Positions 1-10,829 of a stretch of DNA of 64,000 nucleotides are shown one piece after another. The DNA is from Octopus sinensis (Eukaryota), in NCBI RefSeq assembly GCF_006345805.1, contig NW_021833295.1, positions 12,299-76,298 of the forward strand. Direction: 5' to 3'. A model generated the notes under the pieces. That model was given only the letters and a program-made list of their open reading frames with translations. It was not told the origin of the DNA and made no database searches. Made by a program: the position numbers and the translations under genes. Position 1 is the first letter of the stretch; every line of letters begins with the position of its first letter.

Positions 1-56
1 GAAAATGACTAAAACGAAAAATGTTAACTAAAACGAAAAATTGTTAGCTATTTTAA

Positions 57-1664
57 CTAATTGTTAACTAATTTGTCATAACACGGAATATAGGAGGCAC
101 ATGTAGATCGCAAAAGCTGGCATAAGTGATTATCAGTCAATTTATTTCGATATTTATTTTTTATGTGAATCATTTTACTGAAAATTGACTCACATAAATA
201 AGTGGATCCGAACATTGAAGCATATTTATAAGCATTTATGAGTATATTCGGATATTTTTCTTTGGGAAGTGAACTATAAAATTCCATTAAATTTTCAATC
301 TTTTGCACTGAGGTAAATTGCACATCTGATTGAAGGTCTATCAATTCTAATTGGAGTGATGGCGGAGCATTCTTAGGATCTATATTGAATGGTGCTGCAA
401 AAATTTTCATTGATGGCAAAATTTCATCAAAATTCTTAAAATAAACTAATTTTAATAAACCTTAGAACGTTTTTCAAATTCAACAATAAGGTGACTGATA
501 ATGGTAGTATATTTTTCAAATGAACCGTTAGCTTTATTTTCACTCAAACAAGTAAAATGAATTGTATCTTTGAGCATTATTTGATCCCTCCAAGGTATGG
601 TAAAGCACATCATTATGCACTGTGTCAATTTCCACTAACATTTTTTTAAATCTCCTGTGATTGAGAGATTTACCGCGTATCCAATTCACAATGGACAACA
701 CCGTACTTATTACATTTTGCATTTTAAGTGACTTTGCGATTATATTCTCCTGATGAATGATACAATGTTGCCAAAATATAGGATCAAGATTTTTTTCAAG
801 TCTCCATTCTGAATAAAGTCCATGAAACCCTTTATTACGACCAATCATATTCGCCCCCCCATCAGTACATATGGAAATTATTTTGGAAGGATCAATGTCA
901 AATTCTTTAATACTTTCAAGGAATTCGTTAAGTACATCCATTCCTTTTGTAGTGCCTTTTAATGAACGAAGAGAAAAAAATTCTTCAGAAATTTTAAAAT
1001 CCGAAGTGACACCTCTAATGCATACGACCATTTGTTCGGTATCAGAGATATCTTTACTCGTGTCGACAGCAAAAGAATGATATAAAAAATCTTTCGATGT
1101 TCTATAAAAATTATTTTTAATAGTAAAGAACTTGATTAGCTGACGGGCAAGGTCCTCAAAAATACATTCTATTCTTCTTGTAATAGTATCATTACTTAAT
1201 GGTAATCGTTTTGCAATATTTTGTATATTTGACAGACAACATTCATCACAAAAAATGGAAATAGCAGTTTTAATAATTTCTCCGTCAGAATAAGGTTTCA
1301 TATTTACAGCAAGAAGGTGGCTAATTTTATAAGACGTTAATAACTGATGCTTATTTTCCACTGGTTTAAATATTGAGGACTGATTTTTAAATGACGTCTT
1401 TAATATATTGAGTTTTTTTTTCCTTGACTCTCCGAGATATAAATTGTATATTTCGGAGTGCTTCTTATAATGACGTTCAATAGTATAATTTTTCAATGAA
1501 TTAATGACACAGTTGCATATCAAACAAACAGCTTTAACATTCAGTTCAACGAAAAAAAACTTTTCTTCCCATTCAATTTGAAATTCTCTATTTTCTTGAG
1601 ATAATGTTCGATATTTCTTTGATGGCATGAAAAAATACTCAACCTGAAATATATTTACAAACAC
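57..1664 (-). pseudogene. hAT transposase (SPIN/GTF2IRD2-like), frameshifted with internal deletion
   Basis: ORF 540-1664 has WEEKFFF..CLIC..RHY, AVDTSKDISDTEQM, DGG and HCIIHQE. It breaks after VLYHTL and jumps to a WRDQI..EFEKR frame, with the RWLS region missing. ORF 57-419 carries the C-terminal dimerisation motif SMFGSTYLCESIFS. Confidence 0.9.
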
Positions 1665-1761
1665 GTGTAGTTAAAATATATCTTTAATAATATTAATTTA
1701 CAATTAATTTTATATCCAAAATTTATTTTAAAGTTTGGAAGTCGGGGCCGCAAAAAAGATT

Positions 1762-1785
1762 CTCGGGGCCGCATGCGGCCCCGAG
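1762..1785. repeat. Perfect 24-bp palindrome in the hAT subterminal region
   Basis: CTCGGGGCCGCATGCGGCCCCGAG equals its own reverse complement. Confidence 0.95.
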
Positions 1786-1964
1786 GGCCGCACTTGAGAA
1801 CCCCTGGTCTAGTGTCTTTTTACGAAAATGCCATGGGAAGACTTGTTTAAAGAGAGGGTCAGAAATTGTTTCAAAGTTTTTAATAAATCAGATAAAAAAT
1901 TTTGAAATTGATATTTTTGATCTTCTCAAAAGTAAATATTTTTTAAGCATTGAAAACACAAAAA

Positions 1965-3683
1965 ATGAAACATGAAAATCAAAATTCTTTAAAAGATTTT
2001 GAAAATAATGAACAAGAATCTGAAAAAACAAGCCAAAATGGACTAGATTAAGTTTCTCGAATTTTTTCAGTAAAAAAGTACAAAGCGAGTATTATTCGAA
2101 AATCATAGTGTTAATAGCCTCGCATGTACAACACTCAAAAATCAAAAAGACAATATTAGTGATTAGTAAAGAGCTGAGCTTATTAGTGCGTCTCCATCTT
2201 TCTTGAGTAATATTGTCTTCTTTTTTAATTTCCGTAATTTCAGTTTTGTCTATATTTAAGCTAAAAACAATTTCCTAAACTCTGCTGGTGCATTTTCTAG
2301 TAGATGTCTAATCGATTTCGACTTCCCAGATATCCCCACTTGCCAGCAGTCTACGATCGACCAAGAAGAGAGTTCAGATTATGAATTAGACGAATTAATG
2401 TAACAAAAATCCTGTCAATCTCACTAGAGAACTATGCGATGAAATGCAGAGTAATTTAAAGCTCAAATTTGACGCTCTTCAACACAAGAAATTTATTCGA
2501 GAGTAAAATAAATTACACTATATCAGAAAACAGTCACAAATAACAGCAACTTTGACTCAAAAAAGTGATTTGGACACGACTAATGGCACATTTGAGTACG
2601 AACATGCTGAATTGGCACTTCAGGTTGTTGTGAGTAGGTCTAATTAGAGAGATTGGATGGCTCCTTTAAGGAGTTTAAAAACGTTAATTCTGATTTGATT
2701 AAAAGGATTCCATGTGAGGATTTTATAGGTCGTTTTGAGGAGTTTTGTCGTGATGCAATCACAGTACTGAATGAAATAAACACTACCACACAAAACGTAT
2801 TATTTTAAATATTTATTTAAAAATTAAATTAAAAATAATAATAATTTAGATACAAGAAAAATTTATGTTTTTAAATGAATAAGATGAGAATGATTATGAA
2901 CTGGTAAAGAACAAGTAATGGTCATATAGTAATGCTAGGTTGCCGGAGATTGTATTAAAAAATAACCAAATGAAGGAAAAATGTGTAGGTTTGGAGGCTC
3001 AAATCAAGTTTTTGGAGCAAAATCAGGACATGACCTCAGTTCGGAGTAGTGACTTGTTGCCGAGGGAATTCTGTGATGGTATTTTGAAAAAATATTCAAA
3101 AAACGTGGCCAATGAGCTACTGACTGAATTTGAGGGGATACTGAACAAGGAGAAGTGTGAGTATTATCGACTTGTGGACTGCCATTTGGAGAAGGTCGTC
3201 TGTCTGTCTCACTTTAGGTCATAAATATGGTCAATAGTGGGCCTAAGGCATGTCTTGAGCAGTTGATTGACGTGGTTGCAGCCAAATTTGATTTTTATGA
3301 CCACATCACAAACATCATCAGTGATTTTTCACATTTTATTATCGGAATTGACAATAATTTATTCATTTTAAATACGGTTTGTATTTTTACATTTTAACAA
3401 ATAATCATATTAAAATAATGTTTATATAGGAAAATGATATTGTCCAAGGACGTGAGAAGGTGGAGGATGAATCCTTGAAGGAAGAGAAGGTTCTAGAACA
3501 TACTAGAATGGATATGTATATTTAAGATAAAGTAAATATAGGAGCAAGACCCTTGAGCTTGTAAAGTCGGTTTTTTATGTTTCTCATGGAGATGGATTAA
3601 TTCTAAAGAAATCAAGAATAAATGAAAAAGTTGAGATTATAAAGAATAAAGTCGAAAATTGTTATAATGATGTTTTTAAATGA
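1965..3683 (+). CDS. Multi-exon hypothetical coiled-coil protein (ends approximate)
   Basis: Consecutive GT-AG introns of 27, 28, 24 and 26 nt (about 2234-2650) join one open frame (...DYELDELIELCDEMQSNLKLKF...EHAELALQRLDGSFKEF...). Further exons include ORF 2940-3224. No family recognised with confidence. Confidence 0.55.
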
Positions 3684-4338
3684 TTTTTTATCTAATAAGT
3701 TTGTTAGTAACTAAGTAGCGCAAATGAATACACTCTAAATGATAGATTTGGTATTTCCCCAAGTCATTATGACCTTCGAAGGGTTATTTATCAAAAATAT
3801 AAGAGATTTGACTGAACTGAATTTGACACAATCTAATGTGGCGAAATATCGTGTTTTAAACTTGCTGATATAAAGACTGGTGGAACTAGTCATGCTCAGA
3901 CTGATCATTCAAATAAAGGAAAATGCTCCAAATGATATTTAAGGAATCCTTAGAATATGACAACCACCGTCGATATCACTCATATTGGCTGGGAAAATCG
4001 TTTTTCGGACAGAACCTGGTTATCAATCAAGCCTCCCAGTCGATACAAGACACCGCAGAATTGGAACTTTGTAGTTGTTTTATGAATGCTTCTCATGTCT
4101 ATACCATTTCCCATACTAAATGGGATTAACACCGAACTAAGTGAGATTAATGCCAAACAATATAGGAGTAATAACAAACTAAATGGGATTAACACCAAAA
4201 AAAATTTTGTTCAAAATTTAATGTTAATCATATTTAGTGTGTCAGCAATATTTCCCTGTATTCCAGAAATAAACCTTACACAATCTTTAGATGTAATTGT
4301 TGTTATTCTATCTACAATTATTTTTCAAGTATCCGTGT

Positions 4339-4640
4339 TCAATACTCTATAATTGACAAACCTTCTTCTTGTTGGAATAAAATTTTGTCTCTTTTTACGG
4401 GAGCTTTTACTTTTGACCATACATTTTCGATGTGTTTAAGCATTGGACTGTACGGACCGAGACGAAGAATATAAAAATCATTAAATTCTTCCAATTTAAG
4501 AACTTCCGTGATACAACTTTGAGCTGGTGCATTGTCAAACACAATAATAACTGAAGTTTTTAGAATAAACTATAATCTGCGGTATGTCTGTCGAATGAAA
4601 CCTGCAAATGATTTGTATTATAGATTTCTTTTTTTATTAT
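4339..4640 (-). pseudogene. IS630/Tc1-type DDE transposase fragment
   Basis: IIVFDNAPAQ...LGPYSPMLKHIENVWSKVKA matches the DNAxxH...PYSPxLNPIExxW core; stops upstream. Confidence 0.8.
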
Positions 4641-5713
4641 AGCCTGAAATTAATTTCTCCCAACAACTATAAAGGTACCAAATTTTAATAAAAACATATT
4701 CAAACACGAACAGGCGGTGAGTAGTAGACAGGGATCTATCCAATGTTCGGAGTGCAGCAACAAGTAGTGTCAACCCAACATGATCATCTCTGGCTCTAAA
4801 AACTGACAGCCTGAACTAATCAAGTTTTGGTACAACAATTGAGAATTTAAAAACAAATTTGAAATTAATCTCATCAAAGCTTTTGAGACAAGAAAAACTC
4901 ATTGAAGTGCTAATTCTTAGACAAGGAGTCGGTATTCTAATAACAATTTCTCTATCAAACATTCATATACGTATTGGAAACTGTGTGTCGCAGGAATTTG
5001 TGACAGGAGCGATCTCAAGGCCAGTACTGTTATATCTCTAATTGGCATTTTAGGATATGTATTACATCAATGATATTTTGAAATTCGCTTTAGACTGTAA
5101 AAAGCTTTAGTAAAACCCATCCTTGTATAAGGAATGTCAAAAATGAATGGACAGAGGCTTAACTCCTTTTAAAGAAAGAACCTTTCTAAGTAGCCTATGC
5201 ATGTAAGGAGTGAAGCATTGTATAAAGGATGTTCCTCTAAGTACCCTGATAATTAAAATGCGCTGCAAGTTGTTTGGATAAATTCTAAAAAGGATATCGA
5301 AAATTCCAAATTCACCAGGAAGATTTCATTATTGTTGATTTAAAAAGTCATAAATTACTCATTCCCTCATTTCAGATTGAGCAATTAGAGTAAGGACTGA
5401 ATGCTATAAAAATAGAAGCAATCTCAAAACAGTAATTCATAGATTTGTGACAACGATTTTGTAATAATCAAATGCATATTTTTTAAAATCATTAATATCG
5501 ATTGTGAAAACAGAAAGAGTAAGTAACTCAAAAAATGTATATTTTAATACCCCTTTTAGAGTTAATATCTTATTAGGGGAAATGTTCCCTCAATCAATGA
5601 AATGAGACCAGCTCTATGAAAGGGACTAAAAAAGCGAACAGACGCTTTGAAAAAGTCCGGCGACCTTAAATAAAACAATATTAGAAAATTATGGCTAGTT
5701 TTATTAAACAAAG

Positions 5714-7035
5714 TCAAATAGCAGGAAGCGCGAATCCATCGTAGGCACTGGTAGTCCAAATAGAAGAAATATCCGGGAAAACAATTTCCTCTGCCTGCAC
5801 AGCGCCCGATTCGAGATTTCCTGGCTGAGGCATTGATTCCGATTCGGAAACAGCACGATATCTAAACCTCCTGGGAAAGTGATCACATCATTGAACTCTC
5901 CATGCGGTACCTCTGGCTGTGGCGTTCAATCAGCACATTGAAACGCTGAGCATATTCCATCCACTCCCGCACGTCCGAAAGAGCCACTTTGAACTCTAAT
6001 CAACTTAGACAAGGACAAACTTTCCGTGGCCATTTTGTCCGCACATTTGGCTTCCGCTGGTTTTTCCTGACTCAGCAAATCAATTGTGAAATACGAATAG
6101 GCCTGTGTTGTAGCAGACACGACTAACCAAAGAGGAGTACAAAACACACTTCCAGTCGTAGTACTTCTTCAGTCTTTGGTTTTTGGACTTTTCAAGAACA
6201 GAACCGCCCAGAGTGGCTGAAAATGAGAACATCAACCCAAACAGCAAGTCTCGAACATCCTCGCAGTGTGCCAGGCAATACGAGATATAAGACCAGGACT
6301 ATGTTTCAGTCGAATAGCTCTTTCCAGCACAACTGAAAGGGTAGAAGAAGACTACTACTTTCCTGGCACTGTCCCAATGCCTGATGGAGATACATATCGA
6401 TGACCATGTGACTGGAATCGCACGTGAGAGAGGGCACTGATGTATTGATGGTCTCCAATATTTCAAAACATAATACTTTCGAGAATACGAATATTCCCGA
6501 AGACTTTCTAAGAAGGTTGAAGGCGGACTTGAGAATATGCTCGACTGATGGACTGGGAGTGAGAGGACAGGTCTACTCGTAGGATTTCAGATGGCAGAGA
6601 AGCAGACAGGCAGCATTGATGTACCACAAACCAACATTGACACTCATTTGGACAAATTCGAATGCACTATCAGTCATTTCTCTGCTTATAAATGAACATG
6701 CTAACATGGGAGACTCCCCGACCAATGACTGACTCCATTTGAAGGGAATAGAACTGATCAGTTTGCTGTTGGGGACTGACGATGGGCGGTCGGGGTCGAA
6801 TATAAATCCGTAGAGGAATCCAAGGTACTCTTTGAAGGTCCTGAAAATGTCCTCGGGGTCACTTTTTGTTGTGGAAAGGAGATTGAGTAACTTTTTACGG
6901 GTGATTCGGAGATTACTGAAGTAAGGAAGGGGATTACTTGATTATTAACTGGGAGGGCGGGTTGTGTGTTGATGTGAACATGTCGAAAGGCTGTTTTGAA
7001 CTTTCTTTCATTCTGTGGCGATAAAAACAAAACAT
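5714..7035 (-). CDS. BROX: BRO1-domain protein BROX, lacking the C-terminal CAAX tail
   Basis: Spliced translation gives MFCFYRHRMKES.., PFKWSQSL, AFEFVQMSVNVGLWY, ERAIRLKHSPGLISRIA and IWTTSAYDGFALPAI*, collinear with BROX. AATAAA lies 9 nt after the stop. Confidence 0.8.
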
Positions 7036-7192
7036 CAAATCAAATATTAATTCAATTAAATATATTAATTAATTTATATAAAAATAAATATTAATTAGTC
7101 CATCGTTGCGTCATGTGGTCACCTAATGGAACCAATAAGAAGGGACTACAGGAGGCAAGAGAGAGTAAACTAAGGGGGAGAAATAGCTCAGA

Positions 7193-7543
7193 TTAATAGT
7201 TATTTAGTCCAATAAGGTCGTCTACGTCGTCAAACATCCAGTTGGTCTCGTTGATGTAAACCAAATACTTTTCGAGATGTTGCATTGAGGCCTTATGTTT
7301 CGCTAATGTTACTTTGTCCACAAAAAACCAATTTCAAACCGAGAAGAGAAGACAGAGGACTCATAAGAGCAATATTTGTGAGTGTTCAATGCTTGTAATA
7401 AATATAAATACACAAACGTTCGACCACATCGACCGGAGAAGTGGAGATGAGGTGATATCTGTCCTTCTCGTTTGTGCGCGGAGAGTCGTCCTGGGAGGAA
7501 AAGTCTTTGTTATCAAAGCACACAAACCTAACACACGAGCCAT
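7193..7543 (-). CDS. ANAPC16: Small protein resembling anaphase-promoting complex subunit 16
   Basis: Three GT-AG introns (23, 26, 25 nt) give about 91 aa ending ..ESSVFSSRFEIAKHKASMQHLEKYLVYINETNWMFDDVDDLIGLNNY*, similar to the APC16 C-terminus ([34 protein letters not shown]). Similarity is modest. Confidence 0.5.
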
Positions 7544-7647
7544 ATAATTCAAATTGACATTTTATTTATTCCAATTAATTTAAATTAAAATTGAGAAAAT
7601 AAAGATTATTAAAATGTATATTGAATAATTTTGTGCCTTGATTAGTT

Positions 7648-8350
7648 ATGGACTTGATTAAGTGTGTAGTAGTTGGCGACAGGTGATTGTAGTTCGGACA
7701 TGTTGTAGTTCTGTGGGAAAGACCAGTCTCATCACTGCCTACACGTCCGAGTCCACTTTATCAAAAACCGTGGCTGCCGTGTATCCAATTCTACGACATT
7801 GCAGACTCAATTCCTACAGTGTCCAGATGATGAACACTCAGGAAAAGGACGGAGTGGTCGTCCATCTTGACTTGTGGGACACTCCGGGGAAACCAGACTA
7901 CGACCGACTCCGCGCACTCGCCTACCCAAAGACTGTTATACTGGATTGGTTATTACTAGGATATTTTTATTATTTGTTTTTCTGTCGTCAATCCTCAGAC
8001 TTTTCGAAACATTGAGTCCAAGGTGTTGTTTGTTGAGAGGTTTAGTGGATTCCGGAAATAAATGTCCACTGCCTGAATCCTACTTTTATGATTGTTGCAA
8101 CAAAAGTCGACCTGCGAGACGACCAGGACACACTCGACATTCTTAAATTGCAAAATCAAGTCCCCGTCCCTCAAAAGAACGGCCAAGAATTAGCAAAGCG
8201 CATTGGTACTACTTTTAAACAACAAATGCAGGAGCAGCAAAATACTTGGAGTGTTCTTCCTTTATGAAGTACAATGTCAAGGATGTTTTCTATCAAGCAA
8301 CCACTATTGTTTTGAGCAAGGCAAAAAAACAGTCCTGCATTGTAGTTTGA
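7648..8350 (+). CDS. Atypical Rac/Cdc42-family Rho GTPase
   Basis: Introns 7683-7708, 7781-7804, 7935-7959, 8023-8045 and 8206-8231 give MDLIKCVVVGDSSVGKT..WDTPGKPDYDRLRALAYPKTD..WIPEI..ATKVDLR..YLECSS..KAKKQSCIVV* (CAAX). Confidence 0.92.
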
Positions 8351-8707
8351 CATTAAAAAACTAATTTTACACTGTTTTATTCTCTCGCGACAGTAATTAA
8401 GTCTATACCCACAAGGGAAATTTTTGGGTATAATCCTGGATATTTTGGTAAGGAATTTGTTAAGAGGGGAAGTTGTTTTCACTATTTTATTCAACTAATA
8501 AATTACTTTTTTAATAGTACTTTGCTGCTCAGCCACTAGCGCCATTTTGGAGTTGTTTCGTTTATTCTTGCTATTTTTATTTTTCATCAAATGAGTTATT
8601 TGAGGCAGAAAACAAATCTAACTTTTTTTGAAAGTCCAAATATTTCCTGAAAAATAGACATTTATCACAATGGTCATCTCAATCTTGAGACAACTGCAAT
8701 TCATGAC

Positions 8708-8785
8708 TAGAATTTTATATGTGTGCAATTTTTCTACTTCCACTAATTTTACATTATCGATTGAAGTAACACCTACTTCCACATT
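8708..8785 (-). pseudogene. R4-like RLE endonuclease relic
   Basis: NVEVGVTSIDNVKLVEVEKLHTYKIL aligns with IEVGITSAPNLQQVEIEKLRKYDLL of the 10809 copy. Confidence 0.6.
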
Positions 8786-9069
8786 GAATTGGCTTATTTT
8801 TCGTAAAGGATTTTTGCTTTTATGTCCTAGAAGGCAGCCTCGAGGTATATAACAAATAAGAGCCTGTAAGTCATCATTCTAATCTCGTCGCCTCTTGGCT
8901 TATTTTTGTTTCTTGTCAAATGAGTTAGTAAAAAGTGGAATTAAAGCAAATCTAACTTTCAGATATTTTTAGTCAAAACAGTTAAATTCAGTCTATTCAA
9001 TGTATTAATGTTAATTTTGTTTATTCAAAAACAACAATTGTTAAATGATTATATTCGATACTGGAGTAG

Positions 9070-9419
9070 CTAAGAGTCGTTTGAAATGAGATCGAGGAAT
9101 TCTGTTGAATGAAAATTAAATTGCACCTTTAAAATTGATATTTCCATCGCTATCCTGGTCGCAAGATTTAATTAGATTTCGACATTCTTCTTCTGTACAG
9201 CAGACACCCGCAAGATTAAAAACTTTGCTGAGTTCTCTGGCGTTTATTTTCCCGTTGCTGTCCAAGTCCAATTGGTCAAAACATTTTTTGACATCTAACA
9301 AAATGACTGGAAAAAAACTCTCGAGATCGGTTGAAATGAACTTTCTCGACTATTAGACATTAACCAAATACAAAACCATTAAAAGATGACCGAAATATTT
9401 GACATTCTCTTTTATTCAT
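9070..9419 (-). CDS. Small calmodulin-like protein with two EF-hands
   Basis: Introns of 22, 24 and 25 nt; canonical loops DLDSNGKINARE and DQDSDGNINFKE (the second is completed across the last intron); stop at 9070. Confidence 0.85.
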
Positions 9420-9605
9420 GCAGAAGGTCTGAACAATGTATATTTCACTTATGAATTGACTTTATTTAAATAAAAATACACGTTTATATACAATGACGCA
9501 GAGATTCATTGGTTGTGAATCATCTCGCTGAAACTAAGAGTGCTTAGAGCAAATGCGAATGAATGAACAAAGACTCGAAAACGTTCCAAATGATGAGAGC
9601 AGTGA

Positions 9606-10529
9606 CTATATTTTGCTAACTAAAACGAGAAAAGCAACTCCAGCCAAGGCAGAAAGCAATATTTGGAAAGTGTGTCGCATTCCCCCGACTTGGTGGGAGC
9701 CCTTTGTGAGCGGCCCGAGCATGTTTACAGTGCCGATGTATATGAACCCCCCGGTGCAGAAGGGAATCAAAACACTCTCAATACGCGAACTCAAATTGCC
9801 TAAAACAAATGACAGGATGACGCCAAAAATGAAGCCCAGTGCCGTGACGAACTGGAGGAGTATTGCCTATCATAAGACATGGAAACAAGCCTGCTTTTTG
9901 GTGCAATTGGCGTTGATTAGACTGACAAAGTCCCCAATCTCGTTGGGAAATTCGTGGCACAGAATAGAAAATGACGAACTCAGTCCGAGAGATGTGCTGT
10001 GCATAAACGACGCGCCGATGATCAGCCCGTCAGTGATGTTGTGCACAAAATCCCCTACGAGGTTGACGAATCCTTGCGCCTTCATTGAAACCTGCTCTTT
10101 CGCACTGTGCTCTGCGTCACTTTTCTCTTTCGTTCTGCGACGAATGGTTGTCGACTCCGTGACAATCGGCTCCGAAGGTTCCTCTGGGGCGTCGGTCGGG
10201 GATGCTTTGAGAGTCAAATTGAGGACTCTTTCCAAAGCAAAAAAGCCATAGAGTCCCACTAAAATGAAATATCCGTTGTTGGCTGTGTTGGCGGTGATGA
10301 ATATTTCAGGCATCAAGTGGAAAAATACGTCCGAGAGCAACCCCCCGGAAGCAAAGGCGAGCAGAATCTACGAGTTGGACATTATCCATGTCACCTCCAA
10401 GGACCCGTCCCAGTTACTTTTGTTTACGCTCACGAAAATGAGGAGAAGTGCAGGCAAAATGCCGACTGTGATTGCTGCGAGAATTGCCTGGACAATCGGG
10501 AAGTCGAGAAGGAGGTGGAGAGTGACCAT
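9606..10529 (-). CDS. SLC39A7: ZIP (SLC39) metal transporter, ZIP7-like, no His-rich N-terminus
   Basis: LLAFASGGLLSDVFFHLMPE, GDFVHNITDGLIIGASF, HEFPNEIGDF, KKQAILLQFVTA and IPFCTGGFIYI; one 27-nt GT-AG intron and one 24-nt GC-AG intron. Confidence 0.88.
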
Positions 10530-10829
10530 TGTAGACTGACTGTTGAAAATTAAATTCTGCACTTTTCTACGATTATATATCTTTTTGAGAATCAATAAAA
10601 TAATTTAAATCAGCTCATTAGTGTTTGGGAGTTGTCGTAGAATGAATCAAATTAAAATTATTCAATCGCAATTATTTCTTGAATGGCTGATAATTATTAA
10701 TTTACTTCTACCCCCGATAAATCGTCTCTTTACACACTCATTGACATATCTTGTTCAAAAATTCAAATTTCTTGTACTTCACCACTCTTAGATCATTTAA
10801 TTTACTATTTGATCATATTACTCGCAGTA

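Larger units (their letters stand above)
1..1806 (-). mobile_element. hAT DNA transposon (SPIN/Buster group), internally deleted; far end outside window
   Basis: Minus-strand terminus CAGGGGTTCTCAAGTG ends at 1806. It is flanked by gtcTAgtg (nnnTAnnn, Buster-type target), has GGGCCGCA subterminal repeats at 1744-1792, and carries a transposase remnant at 57-1664. Confidence 0.85.

Noticed and set aside
3720-5500. Degraded coding-like DNA flanking the IS630 relic
   Set aside because: Probably old TE debris, but no motif could be assigned.
8520-8555. tRNA-like A-box sequence on the minus strand
   Set aside because: No B-box, cloverleaf or acceptor stem.
8567-8959. Imperfect ~60-bp direct repeat (8567-8625 / 8894-8959); similar 33-bp pair at 48007-48039 / 48136-48169
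   Set aside because: Too degenerate for LTRs or an array; likely old local duplications.
9553-10251. 232-aa plus-strand ORF
   Set aside because: Antisense shadow of the ZIP gene; the same applies to many short ORFs opposite SA, DPH1, ABHD17 and the R4 element.
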